Source: a candidate division FCPU426 bacterium (GTDB lineage Bacteria > Oederibacteriota > PGYV01 > Palsa-1178). From it: 64,000 nt of DNA. Each line of letters starts with the position of its first letter. Positions within the stretch are counted from its first letter, which is position 1. The notes below the pieces were generated by a model. It was not told where the DNA came from. It searched no databases and was given only the letters and a program-made list of their open reading frames with translations. Location of the stretch: NCBI GenBank assembly GCA_963840035.1, contig CAWIXE010000003.1, positions 256,001 to 320,000 of the forward strand. Direction: 5' to 3'. Made by a program: the position numbers and the translations under genes. Below are positions 58,545-64,000 of the stretch, in pieces.

Positions 58545-59066
58545 TTGGATAATGAAATTAAACAGTCAGAATCACTAGACGAACCCATACCTCCGGCAGC
58601 GCCCGAAAAGCGCATTGGCGGGTGGCTCATACTTCTTGCCATAGGCATGGTGGCCAGTCCTTTTTTTATGCTGAAGGTTATTTTTAAGGGCCTGCTCCCG
58701 GTTTTAACGCCTGAGATGGCAAAACAGCTCACGGATGCGGCATCGCTTTATTACAACCCGGGGCTGTATTACTTATTTTGTTTTGAACTCGGGTATAATA
58801 CGCTCATGGTTTTCGCGTTTGTTTACCTGATAGTCATATTTTTCAGGAAACAGAAGGAATTTCCGAAGGCGTTTATAATCATATTCCTGATAAACCTGTT
58901 TGTTATAGGTATTGAAACAGTAGCCCCGCAGTTGATGACACATACGGTAAACGCGTATAACGCTGAGATAAACTACAGGGGAATAATTAAACAGGTTATA
59001 GTCTGCGCTGTATGGATTCCTTACATGATAATGTCGAAAAGGGTGAAGGAAACGTTCGTGAAGTGA
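58545..59066 (+). CDS. DUF2569 membrane protein (tandem paralog)
   Basis: IGGWLILLAIG...WIPYMIMSKRVKETFV; GGAG RBS before TTG. Confidence 0.85.
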   Translation: MDNEIKQSESLDEPIPPAAPEKRIGGWLILLAIGMVASPFFMLKVIFKGLLPVLTPEMAKQLTDAASLYYNPGLYYLFCFELGYNTLMVFAFVYLIVIFFRKQKEFPKAFIIIFLINLFVIGIETVAPQLMTHTVNAYNAEINYRGIIKQVIVCAVWIPYMIMSKRVKETFVK

Positions 59067-59125
59067 GTGGTGGGTAGTGGGTGGTGAGTAGCGGGAGGAA
59101 GGATTAAGGCCGGGTTTAGATCTTT

Positions 59126-59234
59126 GTAGGGGCGAGTCCAGTTACACTGGACATGGCCGGTGGCTCGCCCGCAGCGAGGGTCGTAAATGCGGCCTTAAGT
59201 TCTAAGGCCGGGCGAGCCACCGGCTCGCCCCTAC
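59126..59234. repeat. GTAG REP doublet with a 20-bp hairpin insert in the left unit
   Basis: gtaggggcgag[tccagttacactggacatgg]ccggtggctcgccc ... gggcgagccaccggctcgcccctac. Confidence 0.85.
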
Positions 59235-59274
59235 GAGAACAGGAAACAAGAATAAAACCAGGGGGATTAGTTTT

Positions 59275-59856
59275 ATGAAGATCAAATACAAAGCAATCGG
59301 CATATGCGGGTTATCGTGCAGGCTTTGTCCCAGTTTTAACACGGACGCCAAGAGCAGGTGTTATGGGTGTAAAAGTTCGGACCGAATGGCTGTCGGGTGC
59401 CCTTTTATTACGTGCGCGATAAAGAAGAAGGGCGTGGAGTTTTGCTGGGAATGCGCGGATAAAAAAACATGTAAACTGTGGAAGAACCACAGGGCCGCGG
59501 GGAAGAAGGGCGACTCTTTTAAGTGCTATCAAAAACTGGAAGATGACATATCATATATAGAAAAGCATGGCGTGATAAAGTTTGAAAAAACGCAGAAGGC
59601 CAGGGAAAAACTGCTGAAAAAAATGTTGGAAGGGTATAATGAAAGCAGGTCAAAAAGTTATTACTGCATAGCCGCCACTGTCGTGGAGATAAAGGAACTT
59701 GAAGCCATTCTTGGGGAAGCGGATAAAAAAAGCAAGGCAATGGGATTAAAGCAGAGGTCAATGACGCTGCATGGCATGCTCAATGATATTGCGGCAAAGA
59801 AAAAATATATTTTGAAACTAAGAAAACAGGACAGTAAATCAATAAAAAGGGGATAG
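59275..59856 (+). CDS. DUF3795 Cys-rich protein
   Basis: GICGLSCRLCP...CYGC...CPFITCA..KGVEFCWEC. Confidence 0.82.
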   Translation: MKIKYKAIGICGLSCRLCPSFNTDAKSRCYGCKSSDRMAVGCPFITCAIKKKGVEFCWECADKKTCKLWKNHRAAGKKGDSFKCYQKLEDDISYIEKHGVIKFEKTQKAREKLLKKMLEGYNESRSKSYYCIAATVVEIKELEAILGEADKKSKAMGLKQRSMTLHGMLNDIAAKKKYILKLRKQDSKSIKRG

Positions 59857-59857
59857 A

Positions 59858-61156
59858 ATGAAAAAAATATTACTATTCTGCTTATTCTGCTCGGTATTTA
59901 TATTTACAATTTCTATGAATACAAGCGCCGCCGGCGGGGATGCCATGATCAGCGTGTGCAGGGAGCTGGATGCCGCGCTCCACGAAACACAGGACCTGGC
60001 AGCGGCCGCGGCTGTGTGTGTGAAGGTGAAAAAACTGAAAGCGCCGGGCAAAGGGTGCACGGAATTCGCCGCGGATACCGCAGCAATGATATCCCGGTTC
60101 AGGGAATATAACGGCGAGCCGCTTAAGATGTACTTCCTGGCTGACGGCATCAAATTCATGCCCCAGGAAGGCAGGCGCATACAGAGATTGGCGCTGCTTA
60201 ATGATATCATAGAAAAATACCCGGATTCGGGGCTTGTACCATATGCCCACTACCTGCTGGCGGAGTATTATCACGGCCGTATGACCGGCGATTATGGCTC
60301 TGAAGCCGCGCAGGACCCGCGCAATGCCGAAGAGGCGCTCGCGCATTTATCCATAATAACGGAAAAATATAAGGCTGTAAAAGCCATGTATGGAATAGGC
60401 ATCATTGGAATGAAGCAGGACACAACGCTGGCTGTCATGTCGCTTTTTAACATGGCAAATATATACGTTAAAAAAGAAAAGATACAGGAAGCTGAAAAGG
60501 CACTCTATGGAATAATAGACAATTACGGCAATGAAAAAGACGCTGAAGGTATCCCTTTTAAAATTGACGCCTACGTGCAGATGCTCCAGCTGTACGCCGG
60601 CTGGATGGCGGGCGTAAAAATAGCCCCGGAAAACGCGGAAAAAGTAAGAAAAATAAGCGCGGTTCTGCTGGCAATGCCAGAAAGCAAGTACCTCTCTTTT
60701 TATTACAGGGCAACAGGAATGGGCAGCGCGCACGCGGAGTGCTTGATGGCGCTGGCGCAGCTGGATAATGACATAACATATTATGAAAAGATAATAGCTG
60801 AAATGGGCGATAAACGCACAGGCCCATACGCTTCCGAGAATACTTCATGCGGGGTTATAGCTCTGGCCGAATTGAAAAAAGTAACAATCAGCCCGGACAA
60901 AAAAATAGCCACCTATATAGCCCTTGCAGGCAAGACAAAAAGCAGTTATATGAAAGCGGACCTGCACATGCTGATAGCACAGACATACAGGGATGAAATA
61001 AAAGACCCGCAGGCGGCCCTGGATGAGTACCAGTACGTAGCCGACAACTTCAAAATCCCCTACCCCGACCCGGAAGCCCTGGGCCATGGCGAGGGATACG
61101 CGGATACGGCGAAAGAGATGATAGGTAAGATAAGGGAAGAGATGAAGAAAAAATAA
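59858..61156 (+). CDS. Secreted TPR-repeat protein
   Basis: Signal peptide; TPR-like IIEKYPDS...AHYLLAEYY and ALDEYQYVADNF. Confidence 0.7.
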   Translation: MKKILLFCLFCSVFIFTISMNTSAAGGDAMISVCRELDAALHETQDLAAAAAVCVKVKKLKAPGKGCTEFAADTAAMISRFREYNGEPLKMYFLADGIKFMPQEGRRIQRLALLNDIIEKYPDSGLVPYAHYLLAEYYHGRMTGDYGSEAAQDPRNAEEALAHLSIITEKYKAVKAMYGIGIIGMKQDTTLAVMSLFNMANIYVKKEKIQEAEKALYGIIDNYGNEKDAEGIPFKIDAYVQMLQLYAGWMAGVKIAPENAEKVRKISAVLLAMPESKYLSFYYRATGMGSAHAECLMALAQLDNDITYYEKIIAEMGDKRTGPYASENTSCGVIALAELKKVTISPDKKIATYIALAGKTKSSYMKADLHMLIAQTYRDEIKDPQAALDEYQYVADNFKIPYPDPEALGHGEGYADTAKEMIGKIREEMKKK

Positions 61157-61209
61157 CTGCCGTACTTTGGGTATGTCCCTAAAGCGTGCAATGTAAAGGG
61201 GGGGAATAA

Positions 61210-61683
61210 ATGGATTCAAAGTTGTATGGTCCACGGAGCATAACGCCGGAACAAGCAGCTGAATTTAAGAGCGCAATTGGGATGGGGGTTATCAGGGTTA
61301 TTTTTCTTTCAACGTGGGCGTGTATGGCTGTGTTTTTTGGAGTACTTGTTGTTGCAAATCCGGTTACATTTCAGGCGTTAGCAATTTCCGCGGCGACGGT
61401 TGTGTTTTTAATTACCTGTTTTTCCCTTGTCATGATGGATAAGCTGTTATCAAAAATATGGTCAATCCTGCTTCTCGTTTTTTCCCTGCTTTTTCTGGCT
61501 CTCACAAGCGCGTCCATCCCCATCCAAAAAATGGAACTCTACCACCAGGCATACGCGAGGGAGATACTGGATTTTGCCACTGGTTTCACATTTGCTTTCA
61601 TATTGGTATTCCTTACCATGGTATTCATAGTGCCGATAGTGCTAAAATTGATACGGGTCATAAACTCAAAGCGTGAAGAATAG
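61210..61683 (+). CDS. Membrane protein (4 TM)
   Basis: Hydrophobic ORF with G-rich RBS. Confidence 0.65.
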   Translation: MDSKLYGPRSITPEQAAEFKSAIGMGVIRVIFLSTWACMAVFFGVLVVANPVTFQALAISAATVVFLITCFSLVMMDKLLSKIWSILLLVFSLLFLALTSASIPIQKMELYHQAYAREILDFATGFTFAFILVFLTMVFIVPIVLKLIRVINSKREE

Positions 61684-61686
61684 GCC

Positions 61687-62258
61687 ATGGAAAAGCCATC
61701 AAAGTTATTTTTATGGTTAAGAAAATTAGACGTAAAAGAACTTGTTAAAGCCGCGCTCATAATCGCGGCGCTGGTTGTCAATTACAGGCTGATACCATAT
61801 ATCTTTCCGACAATAAACCGGATTATCAGACGCAGATAGCAACTATTGACCTGATAGTCTACGCCCTGCTAACGGCATATTTTTTGTTGATACCTTCAGT
61901 TAACAGGCTGTTAAAAGCAGTAGTCATGATAGTGCCCCTGGGCCTGCTGGTATATTTTTGTTTTATTGAGTTTTCAACCAAAAGTTTTATCTTCCCGGTA
62001 TTTATAAACCTTGCCTACTTTTACACGCAAAGGGCGATAAGCAGGGACACCAAAGTAATGTTATTCACCATAATAGTACCGGCGCTGCTTGTCCTGGCGA
62101 TGTTATTTGTAAGCCCGCAGTTCTGGGAGGATGAAATATACCGGGGAAGGTTCAATATATACCTGCCTTTTGAACTAGTGAAGGCTATAGCGTCCGTAGA
62201 TGTTGTTGTCTGCCTGTGTGTTTGGTTCTTTAATAAAAGGAAAGTAATTCAAGGATAA
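61687..62258 (+). pseudogene. Membrane protein split by a frameshift at about 61805
   Basis: MEKPSKLFLWLRK...RLIPYIF joins SDNKPDYQTQIATIDLIVYALLTAYFLLIPSVNR... if one T is added to TTT at 61804-61806. Confidence 0.6.
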
Positions 62259-62266
62259 TCACGGAG

Positions 62267-63485
62267 ATTGTCAACGCAGATTTGGTGCCTGACACCAAAA
62301 CTGCGTTGACAATGGACAAATATAATACTTGAAAAAAATTGTGCAATTCTGTAATATATCGCAAATAAAACAAATAGAGGGGTTTTATGGGGCGATCGCA
62401 CAGGATTATTTTTCCGGGGGCCATATACCATGTGTATGACCGCGGAAATGAAAAAATGAGGATATTTAAAGACGACCTTGAAAGAAAGGCTTTCCTTCAG
62501 TTTTTAAGAACGGTTAAAGAAAGGTATAAATTCAAGCTGCACGCATACGCCCTCATGCCGAATCATTATCACTTCCTCATGGAACCGGACGAAATTCCGC
62601 TATCAAAAATAATGCAGGTATTTAAGACAAAATACAGTCATTATTTTAATTTTAGGAATAACAGGGTGGGACATCTTTTTGAGGGAAGGTATAAGGCAAA
62701 ACTTGTGGAGAATAATGAGTACCTCGAGCAGGCGCTTTGTTACATACACTTAAATCCGGTGAAAAGCAGACTTGTAGAATCCATTGACGATTATACATGG
62801 AGCAGTCATGCGGAGGTGATAGGGGCGTCAAAAGAGGGCATATCCGATATTGAACTTTTGATAGAAATGTTTGGCTCAGATAAAAAAGCGGCCATTAAGG
62901 AATACAGGAGGCACATCGGGCATGCCTGGAAAACTAAAACTAAGCTGCCATATGAGGAATGGTTTGACAAACTCATTGCGGGCAGCAAAGAGTTTGCCGG
63001 GGAAGTACTGCATAAGGCGCAGAAAGCAGGTCTGAAAGTGTCTGTGCAAGCTTTCCGCGGGAACTGGGCAGGACAGGATGACATAATAAACCGCGTATGT
63101 GAAGGGTTTGAGGTCGGCAGGGAAGAGATGATAACCAAGAAAGGCAAATGGAATACGGCGAAGTTGGCGGCTATCTATCTGTTTTGGAAAAACACAGCGT
63201 TTACGCAAGCGCAGATAGCACTCGTATTTAACAATCTGCACCCGACCGGCGTAAAAAGGGCGGTTGATTCTGCAAGGGAAAAGATGCTTGATAATAGTGA
63301 GTTCAGGGCCCTGGTTGAGGCGGTAGAAAATAGACTGACCAGGAAAAGCAATAAAAGCAGCGCATTCGGTCCGAGCAATAATTAAAAGACATCCAATCCA
63401 CCCCGGGATATAATTAAAAGTTTGAATTTTTACAATGTTTTCTCAACGCAGATTTGGTGCCTGACACCAAATCTGCGTTGAGAAA
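62267..63485 (+). mobile_element. Y1/HUH transposase unit flanked by two directly repeated 21-bp-stem hairpins
   Basis: TCAACGCAGATTTGGTG-CCTGA-CACCAAA[A/T]CTGCGTTGA at 62267-62313 and 63439-63485. Confidence 0.8.
62387..63385 (+). CDS. Y1 (HUH) transposase / RAYT-like with C-terminal DnaA-C-like HTH
   Basis: YHVYDRGN, YALMPNHYHFL, GHLFEGRY, YIHLNP and YTWSS; C-terminal AIYL...TQAQIALVF...HPTGV. Confidence 0.9.
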   Translation: MGRSHRIIFPGAIYHVYDRGNEKMRIFKDDLERKAFLQFLRTVKERYKFKLHAYALMPNHYHFLMEPDEIPLSKIMQVFKTKYSHYFNFRNNRVGHLFEGRYKAKLVENNEYLEQALCYIHLNPVKSRLVESIDDYTWSSHAEVIGASKEGISDIELLIEMFGSDKKAAIKEYRRHIGHAWKTKTKLPYEEWFDKLIAGSKEFAGEVLHKAQKAGLKVSVQAFRGNWAGQDDIINRVCEGFEVGREEMITKKGKWNTAKLAAIYLFWKNTAFTQAQIALVFNNLHPTGVKRAVDSAREKMLDNSEFRALVEAVENRLTRKSNKSSAFGPSNN

Positions 63486-63599
63486 TATTGCCGGTTTGAT
63501 TGCGTGATAATTGCCGTGCCGGTTGTTGAGCGGTGGCCGGGTATTGTGCGGCGGTTTATTTTACGTAAAAATATTTTATTTTTGTACATACAAAACCTA

Positions 63600-63627
63600 T
63601 TGACACTTTTGCAAAATATTATATAAT
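63600..63627 (+). promoter_or_regulatory. Sigma70-type promoter
   Basis: TTGACA-N16-TATAAT. Confidence 0.55.
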
Positions 63628-63735
63628 CATTTTCATATAGAGGGGTTTGAGCACTAACTTCACAAAAACATCGGAGATAGCCTTGTTTGTGGTTATTTCC
63701 ATTTTTTGTGGGGCTGGAAATTTACAGGGGGGATT

Positions 63736-64000
63736 GTGGCAGGTAAAAGGGGATTGGCGGTATTTGCGGCGGCGTTTGTCATTATTTTAACCGCTGTTTC
63801 ATGCTCTCAGGAAAAAATATACGGGCCATTAGGGGTTAATAAAATACCCCTGACATCAACGCCGACTTGCACGCCGGATGTGTCATATACGGTATACATC
63901 CACCAGGAAGCCACGCCCGCGGTGAGCGTGGGGGTTTCACTATATTCAGTGGATAAGGGTGTCACTATGACGGCAAAGACAGGAGCCGACGGCAAAGCCG
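63736..64000 (+). CDS. Lipoprotein, paralog of 41859-43130 (runs off the window end)
   Basis: GTG start after a G-rich RBS; MAGKRGLAVFAAAFVIILTAVSC-SQEKIYGPLGVNKIPLTSTPTCTPD... Confidence 0.75.
   Translation, partial: MAGKRGLAVFAAAFVIILTAVSCSQEKIYGPLGVNKIPLTSTPTCTPDVSYTVYIHQEATPAVSVGVSLYSVDKGVTMTAKTGADGKA

Overview
Bacterial chromosomal segment of moderate GC, with genes mostly on the + strand. The many secreted proteins with PNPFNP-type C-terminal domains and the PorV-like barrels suggest a diderm candidate-phylum organism such as Goldbacteria, Firestonebacteria or Elusimicrobia-like (inference only). Core loci: rimP-nusA-infB-rbfA-DHH-ribF, and M50 protease-trpS-scpA-scpB-rluB-pheA-purM-lemA-htpX. 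Accessory content: two tandem PilZ genes separated by a 15-bp tandem array; a CBS-GGDEF cyclase; T9SS-like cargo/PorV genes beside a GT2/GT-C glycosylation set; two ECF sigma/anti-sigma modules; an orphan flgD; and a run of small accessory genes. The best candidates for undescribed systems are as follows. (1) An island at about 21.99-25.58 kb, where a HUH/Y1 transposase bounded by 36-bp inverted repeats truncates a gene, and a DUF1214-DUF1254 gene is bracketed by directly repeated pairs of 11-6-11 dif/lox-like sites. (2) A second Y1 transposase flanked by hairpins sharing the same GGTGTCAGG core. (3) Back-to-back matching ECF promoters linking a ZAS-ECF/Spy operon to the orphan flgD, one of them inside a perfect REP doublet. 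(4) Several palindromic repeat families repeatedly nested inside each other. Three genes carry frameshifts at short base runs, which may be sequencing errors. No rRNA, tRNA or CRISPR array was seen. All product calls come from motif recognition, not database searches.
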